Source of the DNA: Octopus vulgaris
Lineage: Eukaryota
Length of the DNA: 64,000 nt
Assembly: GCA_951406725.2 (NCBI GenBank)
Contig: OX597828.1
Span: 20,522,001-20,586,000, forward strand
Reading direction: 5' to 3'
The position numbers were made by a program, and so were the translations under genes. The notes under the pieces were generated by a model that saw only the letters and a list, made by a program, of their open reading frames with translations, searched no databases and was not told where the DNA came from. Position 1 is the first letter of the stretch, and each line of letters starts with the position of its first letter. Positions 43,438 to 57,654 of this stretch are shown here, piece after piece.

Positions 43438-43737
43438 ATAATTCAAGATCTGTAAACACTGAACAAAAATCAACATACCAGATGAACACCCAATGTATCC
43501 AGGGTAGCATATAGAATTGTTCACCCTTTACACAGCTATGTAAAAGGCGGGCTTTTTTCGAATTGCATCTCAGTACAACGTGCTTATTTGAAATAAAATT
43601 CAGCATTGAATATACTCCGGTTATATTCAATATAACTTGTATAGTGTATATACTGTGTGTGACTTAGTATATGCATGAGTTCGTATGAGCTTTGGCTCTT
43701 TTGTGTCTTCGTACATACAATATCATTTCAGTTTTTG

Positions 43738-43950
43738 AGGGCAGCGAGCTGACAGAATCGTTAGCACGCCGGGCGAAATGCTTAGCGATATTTCGTCTGT
43801 CGTTACGTTCTGAGTTCAAATACCACCGAGGTAGACTCATCCTTTCGGGGTCGATTAAATAAGTACCAGTTACGCACTGGGGTCGATGTAATTGACTTAA
43901 TTTCTTTGTTTGTCCCCTTTATGTTTAGTCCCTTGGAGGCAATAAAGTAA
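43738..43950 (+). mobile_element. SINE family B
   Basis: Head, B box and Meta-like domain. Confidence 0.85.
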
Positions 43951-44299
43951 TAACAATTATTTCAGTTTTTCCTTTTTGTATTTTCTTCGTACTTTTCGTG
44001 TTTTTATTTATTTTTAAAAGTATTTGTTTTTTATTATTCACTCGCCCATCTTGATGGAAACTTCCATTAGGTACGTTTTGCATTCGTATCGTTTCACACT
44101 TGTCCTCTATTCAAACGTAAACCTCTTGGTTTGATAGTTCAATCAGCACCTGATGAACGTACTTATAAACGTGTAGCTATTAGCAGCGTACATAATGCAC
44201 GTATTATGAAACATTCATAGTAATATTAGACCCTCATTAGATGGAGTACTCTTCTTATTGACTTTTACACAAATTAATTTCGTGTATATATATATAAAT

Positions 44300-44548
44300 A
44301 TAAATAATATATAAAAATATGCATATATACATACATATATGTACATATCTACATATGTATGTATATTTACATGCATATATGGGTACAGGACATCAAAAAT
44401 AAAACGTTGAACACAATGAGAAACGAAAACGTAAAAACAAAAACATAGAAACGAACTTTTTTTAGAACAACGAGAAAAACAGAAACGAGACATGCAACAT
44501 AAAGAATATTCCCCTTCTTCAGTTGTCCCTGTTTCATCTATTCCGCGT
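44300..44548. mobile_element. dispersed non-coding repeat (second copy inverted at about 46921-47170), possibly PLE terminal-repeat derived
   Basis: GTACAGGACA..AAACG..GAACACAA.GAGAAACGAAAAC..ATTCCCCTTC.TCAG.TG.CCCTG is shared by both loci. Confidence 0.6.
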
Positions 44549-45199
44549 TGTATGTATGTATGTATGTATGTATGTATGTATGTATGTATGTATGTATGTA
44601 TATACGGAGCATATAATTCAGGAGAAAAGATATTTGCGATGATATCATTGACTTTATTATTACCTAGTGTAATAATTAAAAAATGATAAGAACAGAATCT
44701 ATAATATAGACGATTACAGGTCCTTCCCAAAAAAGCATTAAATAGCTGAAGGATTAAAATTAATCAAAGGACATACTAAGTATGTCTACCTGCTGGAAAT
44801 AACAGTCAAAACTCTCATTTAAATCGTCAATGTATATATATATATATGAATACATTCTTGACGTCATAAGAATTTTATAAACTTTTGAGAGAACACTAAA
44901 TTCTTTTTAGGAATAGCTCGAAGTACGCACATAAAACTATAAATAATAGCATGCAAATCCAGGAAATATAGGTCAGCGGCCCCAAAGGCATCCTTCAAAT
45001 TGTTCTATCCAGAAGGGTTTTTCAACGCAATAATTTATATGCTGTTATTTATAGCTTTATGAGATTTTCCAAAATAGAAATACATAAGTATATGTACATA
45101 AATATAAGGTAATCAGACAGATAGACAGACGGACGGACAGACAAACAGACACACGAATGGACGGATGGATGGAAAACAGACAGAGAGACAAACAGTTAA

Positions 45200-45234
<35 letters not shown>

Positions 45235-45304
45235 CATACATACATACATACATACATACATACATACATACATACATACATGCATACATACAAATATACA
45301 TACA

Positions 45305-45645
45305 TGCTGAGACCCACGTCGGTCATGACTGACCGTGGGATTGCACCTAGAAAGTTACCCTCCCAGGCACAAGTCCGGGCAAGGTTGTTTATGGAAGACC
45401 AGCAGTCGCCCATGCATACCGGCTTCCCCTCTCCACCCCACCAGTGTTATCCAAGGGAAAGGCAAGAGCCGATACAGCCTGGCATCTGTGACGTCACAAC
45501 TCATTTCTACAGCTGAGTAAACTGAAGCAACGTGAAATAAAGTGTCTTGCTCAAGAACACAACAGGCAGCCCGGTCAGGGATTCGAACTCACAACCTCAC
45601 GATCGTAAGCTCGACGCTCTAACCACTGAACCATGCGCTTTCACA
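45305..45645 (-). mobile_element. tRNA-derived SINE family C
   Basis: Reverse complement of the family at 34540; B box GAGTTCGAATCCC. Confidence 0.87.
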
Positions 45646-45779
45646 TATAGGCATACATACATTCATACATACATACATACATACATACATACATACATAC
45701 ATACATACATAGTGTTCGGGAAAATTTTGACAGCTTGCATAACCTCATCTAAAAAAGCACATTAGAAAAATCGAAAACA

Positions 45780-46360
45780 GGAAACTAGATTATGACTGGG
45801 AGATAACAGTTTATTCAAAGTTCCAACCCTTTACTTCCACCGCGGCCTCAAAACATCTCCGGAACCTGGCGCGTGCGTCCCTCACTGTACCTCTGGGAAG
45901 ACCTTCAAACATTTCGGCCTTGGTGTTGCCAGCAGAGCGGTTGATGTATTTCTCAACTGCACCCCGCACATAGTAGTCCATGGGATTACAACCAGGAGTG
46001 TTGAGAGACCAGAAATTGGGGCTGTTGAAGTCGTAGTAATTCTCCGGCAACCACTTCCGATTCTTTCTGGAGAAAAGGCAAGGAGCTGAATCCTACTGCC
46101 ACAAATATCGCCTTCCAGTAGCAACATTCTCCATCAGCTTCACATAGCCATCTTAATTGATTCTTATGCCATGTTCAAAGGATGTGTAGATGAAACCTGG
46201 CGTAAGAGTGCCTCCTGCGTCTCTTCAACAAGAAGGGGCACAACTACGACTTCGTAGTCTCCGTTGCAGCTGTCCCTGTCACATCTTACAGTGTTTGCAG
46301 TGTTTACAAAGCATTGAGCAGCAGACATGATATCGGCATTCTGATATACCTCATACAAAG
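45780..46360 (-). mobile_element. Tc1/mariner-superfamily transposase remnant
   Basis: NFWSLNTPGCNPMDYYVRGAVEK...ARFRRCFEAAVEVKGWNFE resembles WPPNSPDLNP.DY.VW...R.EAV...GG.FE. Confidence 0.78.
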
Positions 46361-46560
46361 CATCATGGAGCTGTTAACTCGTTTCTAGCATTCGGATGGC
46401 TTCAAGTTCTAAAATTTCATGGCTGCATGGTAAGAAGCTTGTTTTCCAACCAAATAGTTCCGAGATCCAGTCCCATTGTGTGGCACCTTGAGCAAGTGTC
46501 CTCTACTTTAGCTTCGGGCTGACATCTGCATGGTCGTAATTAAATTAATGAAACAAGTTA

Positions 46561-46610
<50 letters not shown>

Positions 46611-46707
46611 CATATGTATATATGTATGTATTTATGTATACATACACACACACATATAAATATATACATGTATATACACAAACACACACACGCACACACA
46701 CACACAC

Positions 46708-46845
<138 letters not shown>

Positions 46846-47699
46846 TCTTTTACTCTTTTACTTGTTTCAGCCATCCGGCTGAGGCCATCATCATCATCAT
46901 CATATATATATATATATATGAGTCGAACCAGGGGCAGCTGATGAAGGGGAATTTTCCTTGAATTGTTTGTCCTGTACTCTGTTTTTTCGTTGTTAAAAAA
47001 AGTCCGTTTCCTTGTTTGATTTTATGTTTTCGTTTCTCGTTGTGTTCTACGTTTATTTGTGGTGTCCTGTACTCATATATATATATGCTTGTATATATAC
47101 ATGTAGATGTAAGTACGTACATATATGTATGTATATATGCATATATTTTATTTATTTATTATATCGTTATTATATATATACTTAGTTCGATTTGAAAACC
47201 CCACTAGAATGAGAGAAAGCGCAAATACATGATCTAAGTTCTATGATCTATAAAAACATGTAATATACAAATAAATATCTGTAAATATAAAACCATTTCT
47301 GAGTACCTCATTTCTTCTAATATAAAATACCTGTACATCATCTCGAAACCTTCCAATATATATGATTTTGACTGCTATTTCCAGTTCGTTTTCGACCTCA
47401 TAATTCGCTAATTTGTTGTCTCATATGGTGTATCATTAATGGAGGAGGGCGGTATGTGAGCAGAAAGGTTGTGGTGTCTTACGACTGCCTGTGTGTCTGT
47501 ATGCATGTCTGCCTGTATGATTGTGTGTCTACGTATTGTGGGACGAGGAGGATGCAATCCATTATTGGAAGTTGTATTCGGTTTTGTAAAGTGGCGCCAT
47601 CCTTTCATTCAACTGTCATGTCTTGACAATGGGTAATCTGAAACGACCGTCCGCCATTGTGGTGGTGTTCTTGCTGTTGTTAGTGATGGTACTGGCGGT

Positions 47700-47751
47700 G
47701 CTGTTCCTGTTGGTGATTGGAGCAGTGGTGTTGTTGGTGGTGGTGTTGTTG

Positions 47752-47783
<32 letters not shown>

Positions 47784-48114
47784 GGTGGTGGTAGTGGTGG
47801 TGGTGGTGGTGGCAGTGGTGGTGGTGGTGATGGTGGTGGTGGTGGTTGTGGTGGTCGCGGCGGTGGTGGTGGCGGTCGTCGTCGTTGGTGATGGTGATGG
47901 TGGTGGTGGAGGGTGTGGAGATGTTGGAGATGGCGGTAGAGGTTAATGTGATGGTTTGGCGGTGATGGCGATGGTGGTTGGTGTGGTGGTAATGGTGCTA
48001 GCGGTGGTAATTGGTGGCGGTGGTGATGATGTTAATGTTGATAGCACCGGAGCTAATGTTGAAGAGGCGCATGTCGAGATGATGATAATGATGGCGACGG
48101 TGGTGATGTGATGG

Positions 48115-48146
<32 letters not shown>

Positions 48147-48177
48147 GTAGTGGTGGTGGTGGTGGTGGTGGTGGTGG

Positions 48178-48211
<34 letters not shown>

Positions 48212-48300
48212 AACGACAACGAGGAGGAGGTGGAGAAGAAGGAGGAGGAGGAAAAGAACGAGCAGGGAAACGAGGAAAAGCAGAGGGAGGGGGAGGAGGT
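47700..48300. repeat. (GGT)/(GAT)/(GGA) compound microsatellite
   Basis: Direct observation. Confidence 0.9.
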
Positions 48301-49344
48301 AAGCCTAAATATTAGCGATGATTGTGGTCATGAAATTTCATGGATTAGTGGTTATTGTGTGTGAAGGGCTCACTATCATAAATATGATCGTGAGTTCAAT
48401 TTTTAGGCTAGTATGCGTGTTGTGTCCTTGGGCAAGGCGCTTCACTCAACCGAAAATGAGTGTTACCCGTTCTCCCTTCAACAGTAATGTACTAGATGTT
48501 TTGCTTGGTCAAAGTGGATGTTTATGTCGCCTCGCGACTTCACAGGCAGCTAAAAAAATTAGCGAAAGAATGGTACATATTGCAATGTCATACTCGTTCA
48601 TGGGGGACAAACAGTTGTTATCGATGCAAAAGAGAGGGCTATGATGCAATATAAATGAAAAGGATGTTTTGAAATCAGGAAGTGAAATAAAATGACGTGG
48701 ATTGTTCCGTAGATTTAATAAAGCTACAAAATTAGTAATAAATTGTCGTAATCATGGCAGATATAGTTATCGATCTGCAAAGAGTTTGGAGTTATAAATA
48801 AGAGCTTGTAGATTTATTGGTAGATTCATAAGTTCGGGGTAACTCGAGCTGATGAGCCAAAACAATTTCGAAACTCCGGATGTCCCAGAGTCACTTGCGC
48901 TTACGAATCGATCGTGTTATGAACACACTTTCTTCGTAAAATAGTTTCTCCGCTGAGGAAATATAAGAGCGATTAGTATATTCTCGTTTGAATCCGTCGA
49001 AACGAATTAAGACTGTATTTGCAAGACATGGCACAAAATTATTGTTAGTTAAGTAGTTTCAAGTACTACAGTAGCGAACAATGGACATAGCAGCTAATGT
49101 TAGGTTGTGGAAATTCAGAAATTCCTCATACTTAGAATAAATACACGTGGGGTGTATGTAAAGTGTTGAGCCTTCAAGGCCTTGGAGCCTTGAAGTCTTG
49201 TACCATGTCCTGTTTTTTGGGGTTTTTTTTTTTGAGGCCCGAGATTTCCAGACACCCCCTCGTATGTGCTTTTATATGAGCAAGTATGGTCTACCTTATA
49301 ATTTAAACGTACTAATTTCACAGTTATAAGGATATATATGTGTG

Positions 49345-49417
<73 letters not shown>

Positions 49418-49543
49418 AAAACAGATAAACACTAAGGTTTGAAATAAGATGTCACTACTGTTAATATCATTTGTGGAAAAATTTAAATTGATGGTATTGG
49501 CAGTAGTAACATAGGTGGTTAGCAGGCAAAAAGCTTTATTTAG

Positions 49544-49623
<80 letters not shown>

Positions 49624-49662
49624 GTATACATACATATATATATATATTTATGTATGTGTGTA

Positions 49663-49759
<97 letters not shown>

Positions 49760-50122
49760 TGTGTATGTATACACACGCACACATATATAGGCAATAACGT
49801 ATTCGTTGTGACTATTTTCTGTTCTTCATTATGTTCGAATAAGAATGTTAGTACTTTCTTAGATATAACATCTTTATACATCCTTTGGTGTTGTACAAAC
49901 TATTCGTATAACACCTGCTTAGCTAAATCATTAATGAAGGATACTTTGTGTTTATAAATTTTGGGTTCCATGTAGCTTCGGTAAATTTATTTTTCAGAAG
50001 AAATTATAGTACTACACTGCGACTCCACAAGCAAACAAAGAGATAATTTCACAAAATAATATGTCGTGTAATATACGATTGTATAGATTCCGTTATAATC
50101 ACATTATAATCTAACAATTTAA

Positions 50123-50218
<96 letters not shown>

Positions 50219-50224
50219 ATATAT

Positions 50225-50610
50225 ACTCTTTTACTCTTTTATTTGTTTTAGTCATTTGACTGCGGCCATGCTGGAGTACCACCTTTAGTCGAGCAAATCG
50301 ACCCCAGAACTCCTTCTTTGGAAGCCTAGTGCTTGTTCTATCGGTCTCTTTTGCCGAACCGCTAAATTACGGGGACGTAAACACACCAGCATCGGCTGTC
50401 AAGCGATCTTGGTGGGACAAACACAGAAACACAAACATATACACACACACACATACATATATAAACACATATCTACGACAGGCTTCTTTCAGTTTCCGTC
50501 TACCAAATCCACTTACAAGGTTTTGGTCGGCCTGAGGCTATAGTACAAGACACTTGCCCATGATGCCACGCAGTAGGAATGAACTCGGAACCATGTGGTT
50601 GGTAAGCATT
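50225..50610 (-). mobile_element. SINE family A, 5'-truncated
   Basis: Well-preserved family blocks. Confidence 0.9.
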
Positions 50611-50640
50611 CCTGCGTCTAACAAAAAAAAATTGCCATGT

Positions 50641-50713
50641 AGCCCCCTGTGAGAATTGAACTCACGATCCGTGGATTACAAGACCAGTGCTCTAACCTCT
50701 GAGCTATATTTAT
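50641..50713 (-). pseudogene. tRNA-Thr(TGT) pseudogene
   Basis: Minus strand: TATAGCTCAGAGGTTAGAGCACTGGTCTTGTAATCCACGGATCGTGAGTTCAATTCTCACAGGGGGCT, then a 9-nt trailer and T9. The 5' acceptor strand is replaced by AT-rich sequence and the anticodon stem has two mismatches. Confidence 0.82.
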
Positions 50714-50954
50714 ACATATATATATACAAATATACTTGGAAGCAGATTTACAAATTGCATGTTTACAAATATATACATTGACACACTTACATACAGAATT
50801 GTACACATGCACACATATTCATATATGCATTATGAATAGATAGATAAATAAATAAGAGAGAGAGATTTTTCTATGCGTACACATAAACATACACACACAG
50901 ATATGGGAAGGTATGTGCGTATGTACGATGGTATGTAGACATATGTATATTCAC

Positions 50955-50989
<35 letters not shown>

Positions 50990-51003
50990 TGTATGTATGT
51001 ATG

Positions 51004-51059
<56 letters not shown>

Positions 51060-51163
51060 TAAATTAGAGATAAAACCACTATTAGGCAAATCAAACAATG
51101 AAAAACTAAATCTGATTTTTCCCTGTAAGTTTGGATTTATTCCCTAATATTTTATTATTAATT

Positions 51164-51195
<32 letters not shown>

Positions 51196-51329
51196 TATAA
51201 ATTCATTCAAATATATATGCATACATATATATGTATATATGTATATATACTAATACATATATATATATACATACAATCATACATATACACATGTACACAT
51301 ATATATGTATATATATACATAAATATATT

Positions 51330-51383
<54 letters not shown>

Positions 51384-51389
<6 letters not shown>

Positions 51390-52588
51390 CATCCCATAAA
51401 TAATGTGGTTTTTTCAATTGCATGAACTATAAATCGGATGAGGATGGGATAAACTACTTGCATCACCTCGCTATAAAAGCAGGTAGCAATTTTACCTTGT
51501 ACTTATTCTTAGTGCAAACTTTGAAGGGTGTGGTTCGATTCAAAGCTATAATCGAAGTGACAATGGACCATATTCGGCATATTTTGCTTTATAAAGGCAA
51601 CAACGCAATAGAAATTGCGTGGAATAGCAATGCAGTATCTAGGGATCGGACAATAAGCGTAAACCAGTGTCAACGGTGGTTCGAGAAATTCCCAGCCGGA
51701 AACTACAGCCTAGAAAATGTGCCCCGTCCTGGAAGATGTGTAGAGCTCGACGAGAACGTCCTGCAAACCCTGGTGGAACAAAATCCCATCGTAAATGTTG
51801 AGGAACTAGCAAAGAAACTTAGTTTTGGTCATTCTATCATTCATAGACACCTGAATGCCATCGGAAAACTCAGCAAATTGGGTCAATGGTTTCCTCGCAA
51901 ACTTTCCGAGTCTAATCGAGCGCTTTTCTTTGCTATCACGTCTCACAAATGAACTTTTTTTTTGGAGTGAATAGTAACTGGTGACGAGAAATGGGTTCTC
52001 TATGAGTGGGTAGGGAAAAGATAAACACCAGTACCCCAGGCTAAATAAGGACTTCACCCACATTACCTGACTGGTGAGATATGAAAGGTTTTGTCAATTA
52101 TGAACATTTAAATCGAAACCAAACGATAGCAAAGGAGATCTACGAGCTGCTTGAGCGGTTTAAGTCAACGCAAGAAAATCGACCATCTTTGGTTTCAAGA
52201 CGAAAGTGTTCTTCCATCAGGATAATGCTCAGCCACATACAGGGAAAATGACTTTCCAAAGGTTGGAACAGTTTGAATGGGAAACGATGCCCCACTTATC
52301 ATATTCGCCGGACATTGCCCTATCTGATTATCATTGATTCTGCGGACTTCAAAATCATTTAGACGAAAAGAATATGAATTCTGTAGACGAGGTCTAAACA
52401 GAACTGGCGGAGTAGTTTTCTTCACGGACAAGTGAATCTTGTAAGACGGGCCTTGCAAGTCTACCAGATAGATGGAAGAGCATTGTAGATAAGGAAGGAT
52501 AGTATATTTTAAATTAAAAAGAGCTTTGTTTATCTCAATTTTGAATAATAAAGTATATAAAAAACGTATTATTTATGGGATGACCCAA
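51384..52588 (+). mobile_element. near full-length mariner element with TIRs and disrupted transposase
   Basis: TIRs GGGTCATCCCATAAATAAT / ATTATTTATGGGATGACCC with TA flanks. Motifs: RWFEKF..SLENVPRPGR, WFPRKL (WVPHEL-type), IVTGDEKWVLY, FHQDNAQPH, YSPDIALSDYH; frameshifts and stops. Confidence 0.95.
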
Positions 52589-52849
52589 TATAGGCATGGC
52601 AGTTGAAACTGCCGTGTTTGTGTGCGAATGTGTGTGTATGTTTGTGTTTGTGTGTGTGTGTTCTTGTGTTTGTGTTTGTGTGTGTGAGTGTGTTCTTGTG
52701 TTTGTGTGTATTTGTTTGTGTATATTTGTTTGTGTGTGTGAGAGAGTGTGTGTGAGAGTGTGTGTGTGTGTGAGTGTGTGTGTGTATGTGTGTGTGTGTG
52801 TATGTTTATGTGTGTGTGTGAGGTGTTAGTTCATCAAAGAAACAGGCAT

Positions 52850-53250
52850 TGCAGTTTAAACTACCCCAAGATGGCTATGGCTGATAAGAAGCTGCAAGTG
52901 GAACCCTTCCGTGAAAACCAGCTCAGTCCTTGCAGCTCCACTCAGTTGAAGTATGCAGGCTTGTGACCTTGAAATACCTACGGACAAAGTAGAAGAGTTC
53001 TCAGCATTCAAATGAATTTAGAAGGGTTTCCAGCATTGAAAAAAACACCTCTGAGTAGCGAACGTTGGGAAGAGGAAAAGAACAAGTGGAAAACTAAGGT
53101 GGACGTAGCACTGTATGTTACAGGTCGATATGATAACGTTTGAATTTGGACTGAGCGAAGCCAGGAGGAAGGCAAGCAGTAGAGATTTCTGGAAACCTTG
53201 TTGCCGGTTGTACAGAGAGCGCTGGGGGATTTAAGAGCTAATTGATGTAA
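52850..53250 (+). mobile_element. degenerate RTE-like LINE 3' remnant
   Basis: RKRTSGKLRWT*HCMLQVDM...EARRKASSRDFWK resembles the G.R.RGRP..TW...A.DR..W C-terminus. Confidence 0.45.
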
Positions 53251-53261
53251 GTATGTACACA

Positions 53262-53480
53262 CTAAGGGTTGCTGAATCGTTCCTAGATTTTAGAATGTCG
53301 CGAAAAGCCTGGCTAGAGGCAAAACCTTCCGAGTTCTTTTACAGGGTTTAGAAAAACTGAAGGCCACTGTAATACGTTTGTGAATCTGAGAAGGGAATAT
53401 GTTGAATGAAATCATAATTAACTGGTTCTCTTGTAATTTCTTTTACCCAAAGTTAGGAAATTTTCAGCAGCTCCTCGTAT
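53262..53480 (+). mobile_element. mariner-derived MITE
   Basis: Imperfect TIRs AGGGTTGCTGAATCGTTCCTA / TAGGAAATTTTCAGCAGCTCCTCGTA, enclosing a transposase C-terminal relic (QGLEKL). Confidence 0.6.
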
Positions 53481-53514
53481 GTATGAATGATTGCATGAAT
53501 ATATGTATGTATAC

Positions 53515-54812
53515 CCGAGGAGGGTATTTACATAAAATACCGACCAACAGGGAATGTTTTTAATCTGACCAGGGTGAAATTGAAAACTAAGGTTTTCACT
53601 TCACTCATTAGGGAACTCCTATTCACTGGCGATTGCAATTCAGCCACTCACTCTGAAACAGGCCTGCAATCTCTTGTATCTGCATTTGACTCAACTTGTG
53701 ATGATTTTGGCTTGACCATCAACTTGAAAAAAACAAACAGTTGTAATGTATCAACCTGCATGTGGTGCTGTTTGCAACCCTGCTAAAATTTTTACTATGG
53801 TAAGTTACTTGAGATTGTTGGTCCTTTCATCTACCTTGGAAGCTCTATACAAAATGATGGAAACCTGGACACAGAAATACATCTGCGAATTCAAAGGGCA
53901 GCACAAGCATTTTGTGGTTTAGAGTCACGAGTTTGGCGCCAGCGTCATATAAATAACAACACAAAATTGGCTCTTTACAAATCGTTTGTCTTGCCAACCC
54001 TATTATATTCTGAAACATGGACATGTTATGAAAGGCATTTCAAATTGTTAGAACAATTCCACTAACAATGCTTTCGTCGCATTTCAAGCATTAAATGGAG
54101 TTCTTTTATTCCAAACACAGATGTCCTTGCATCTGCAGGTATCACTTCAATTAAAGCAATGATTCTGAAAAACCAAATGACATGGTGTAGCCATATCGTT
54201 CGAATGGAGGATAAACGCACATCCAAACAACTACTTATGGTGAGCTTGCAGAAGGGAAATACTATCGGTGTAAACCTAAAAGAGGTTAAGGACGGCATAA
54301 GGACTACCATGGAGTCACTTGGAATAGATCTAGGGGACATAGAAACCCTTGCTTAGGATCGAGGTGGATGGCGAACAAAAGTATGGAGTGGAGTGAAAGC
54401 GTTTGAAGAGGCCAGAATAATGCATGCAAGACTCGAGAGAGATTTAAAGCAGAATGTTACGATCGAGAAGGTGAATCACAATGACCTTTTTGTGCGCACA
54501 GTTCGCGACAGACCATGCCTTTCTTTTGTAGGGCTCATATCACATTCGCGGACCCAGGAAAAACGAACCTCCACCAACTATTCTGCCTATATGTCTGTGT
54601 GCACCTTTCAATGCCATGTATGCCAAAAGGTCTGCAAATCTATTGAGGCCTCAAAAGACATTTTAAGATCCACAAAGATCAGAACTTAAATGCAGATATT
54701 TGATTTATGTGGGTGTCTTTTCAAAAGATTATCTGGTTTAAAAGCCACATCAGTCGCCACGATGGCTCTAAGTTGAGGGTACAGGAGGTAGTCATAAGGA
54801 GTAGACAACCAC
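53515..54812 (+). mobile_element. 5'-truncated RTE/BovB-like LINE (RT C-terminal half and C2H2-like fingers)
   Basis: KTKVFTSLIRELLFTGDC..HSETGLQSLVSAFDSTCDDFGLTINLKKT; FIYLGS; LPTLLYSETWT; WCSHIVRMEDKR; CLSFVGLISHSR; CHVCQKVCKS. Confidence 0.88.
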
Positions 54813-55987
54813 CATGTATGTATGTATAAACTTGTGCATGGGTGTATGCGTGTGTATTTTAAGAGTAAGGCGACATTATATCGACCTGGCCTGTTACAAG
54901 TCTATCTCTCTACCTCTCACTCCCCCTCTCCTCTTCCTCTCTCTCATCTTCCCCTTTCTCTCTCTTGATTTACGGGCGTGGACTCGCTTTAAGAGCAATT
55001 ACAATTAATCATATACTAGAAAAGAAGAGAAGGAAAGGATCAGAAAGAGTTTAATTCCGTTCGTTTTTGTTTATTTGTTCTTTATTTTGGATCATTTATT
55101 TATTTCTTTATTTTTCCGTTGGAATTATTTCTTTAAAAAGAAAAAAAATGTGGCTTTATGCAAATTATCAGGAAGAGAGAAAAGAAAAATTAGACTTTCT
55201 TTGGCATTTTATCCAAAATGTAAAATCTATACCAGCCAACATCGTAACCGATACATTGATCGATGTAAAATAACAAAACAAAAATCAAAAGCCAAAATGA
55301 AAAAAAACATCACCACGAAAATTCAAAGAAAAAGAAAACACCAACTACAGAAGCAAAATATAAACAGATAAATAAATCCGCCATATTAGGAAAATTTTTG
55401 TTCTTGTATTTGCCTGTGGTTAATTTTTGCTTTTAATTTTTTTTTATCTTTATTGACATTCGCTACAAGTATTCATTTCATTGTCTTGTTTTAAGTTTCA
55501 TATATATTTTTTTCAAATATAATCTATTTTTTCAAAATGATATTGTTTAATTATATTCAACACGTATTTATTTATTTTTTCAAGACTTTTTAAATAATTA
55601 GGCTCAAATAAATTTGAAACAATAACAATGATAACGAAAAGGAAAATAATTTTTATTACTACTACTACTACTTCAAGTAAAACAATAAATTTCGAATTAT
55701 TCGCTCCATTTAATCCTGTAACATCGAATTTGCGATCCGGATAATAATACCGTAGAAGTGGTGCAGGCTGGATTTGAATAATTGAGTGTAACTGGCATTT
55801 CCATGCGTCTTTATTTTAATTTTGAAATCAAATACAAATGCTCACGTGCGCATGCATATACACATACACATATACACACAAAAGAATATACATCTGCAAG
55901 AGTGTATACAGGAACCAATCTATTTCTGTTTACTATTACCTCACGCGCTTTGGTATGAGAGTATGTGTGTGTGTGTGTGTATGTGTG

Positions 55988-56020
<33 letters not shown>

Positions 56021-56099
56021 GTATGTGTGCGTGCGTGCGTGCGATGGTTGTTGACTCATTAATTATGACTTTCCAAACGCCAGATATATATCTGTGTGT

Positions 56100-56150
<51 letters not shown>

Positions 56151-56155
<5 letters not shown>

Positions 56156-56679
56156 TATAAATATACTGTACATTTAAACACGTAAGCGGTATCCGTCATA
56201 TGATTCCTGGCACGATAGAAGGAACAGCCAAAATCCAAACCACTATTAGGGATAAACTTCGAAGGGAATGAAAAATAGAAACATTTACCATTTATCTCCT
56301 GGACCATGGTTTCTGACTTTTTTTAGCAAATAACATAATTTGCTAGGCGAAGTCTTCATCAACAGGTACGCCTGGATTAAAAATATAATTACGAGACAAA
56401 CCAGCATGTGCCCCGTGCTTATACATTATGAGTTGCCTCGTACTTATATGTTTAATCTACGCATACCTCTTGATGAAGACTTCGCCTAGCAAATTATTTT
56501 ATTTGCTAAAAAAGTCAGAAACCATGGTCCAGGAGATAGATGGGAAACGTTTTTATTTTTCATTCCCTTCGACGTTTATCCCTAATAGTGGTTTGGATTT
56601 TGGGTGTTCCTTCTAGCGTGCCAGGAAACTATGACGGATACCTTTTATGTGTATAAATGTACACTGTATTTATATGAAT
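56151..56679. repeat. long inverted repeat (fold-back), ~258-bp arms and 13-nt spacer
   Basis: 56151-56409 is the reverse complement of 56423-56679 with about 29 differences (~89% identity, counted by eye). Confidence 0.95.
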
Positions 56680-56789
56680 AATATATTGTCTATTGACTAA
56701 TTTTTCTACACGCTCGGCCACTGGTAGTAAAAATTTCTAAGAATGAGTCTAGAGAGTGGACCAAGGTGTATACTAAACATCATTTTGCT

Positions 56790-56897
<108 letters not shown>

Positions 56898-57004
56898 TCC
56901 GTAATAATGAAGGTGAAATTAATTAATTTGGAATATATATTACACCAAGTAGTCTTCGATTAAAAGCCTATTCGAGGAAAATTTAATAATATATATATAA
57001 GGCA

Positions 57005-57085
<81 letters not shown>

Positions 57086-57134
57086 ATATATAAATATATA
57101 TAAAATCATTATATCCTTATTTCTATATATATAT

Positions 57135-57212
<78 letters not shown>

Positions 57213-57469
57213 ACATATACCAAATAAACAAATAAAATCATTAGTCCTTATTTCTGTATCACCGGATAATAAATACGATACAAATATCTCCATTCCTTTC
57301 TTTGTTTTATGTAATTTTCTTTGATTGATGGAAATTTTCCGGATGTCCAGATTCTGTGGAATACATTCGATTTATCTATTCATCCTTCTTACCAGGCGTT
57401 CGCATTAGCGCTGACTGAGTTAATCGCTTGGATTTCACTAATCCCCCCTGAAATACTATATATGCATAT

Positions 57470-57568
<99 letters not shown>

Positions 57569-57654
57569 ATGCATGCATGTATGTACGTATGTACGTATAT
57601 ATGTGTGTCTTGTGTGTGAGTGTGTAAGTAATGATATTGTCATAATATGCGCAC

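Noticed and set aside
46934-46975. Hammerhead-like CAG-CTGATGA-AGGGGAATTTTCCTT-GAAT..GTC-CTG
   Set aside because: GAAA is absent, stem III is unconvincing, and the sister copy near 44500 does not keep the arrangement.
48846-48888. CTGATGA..GAAA..GTC motif
   Set aside because: Stems I and II do not pair.
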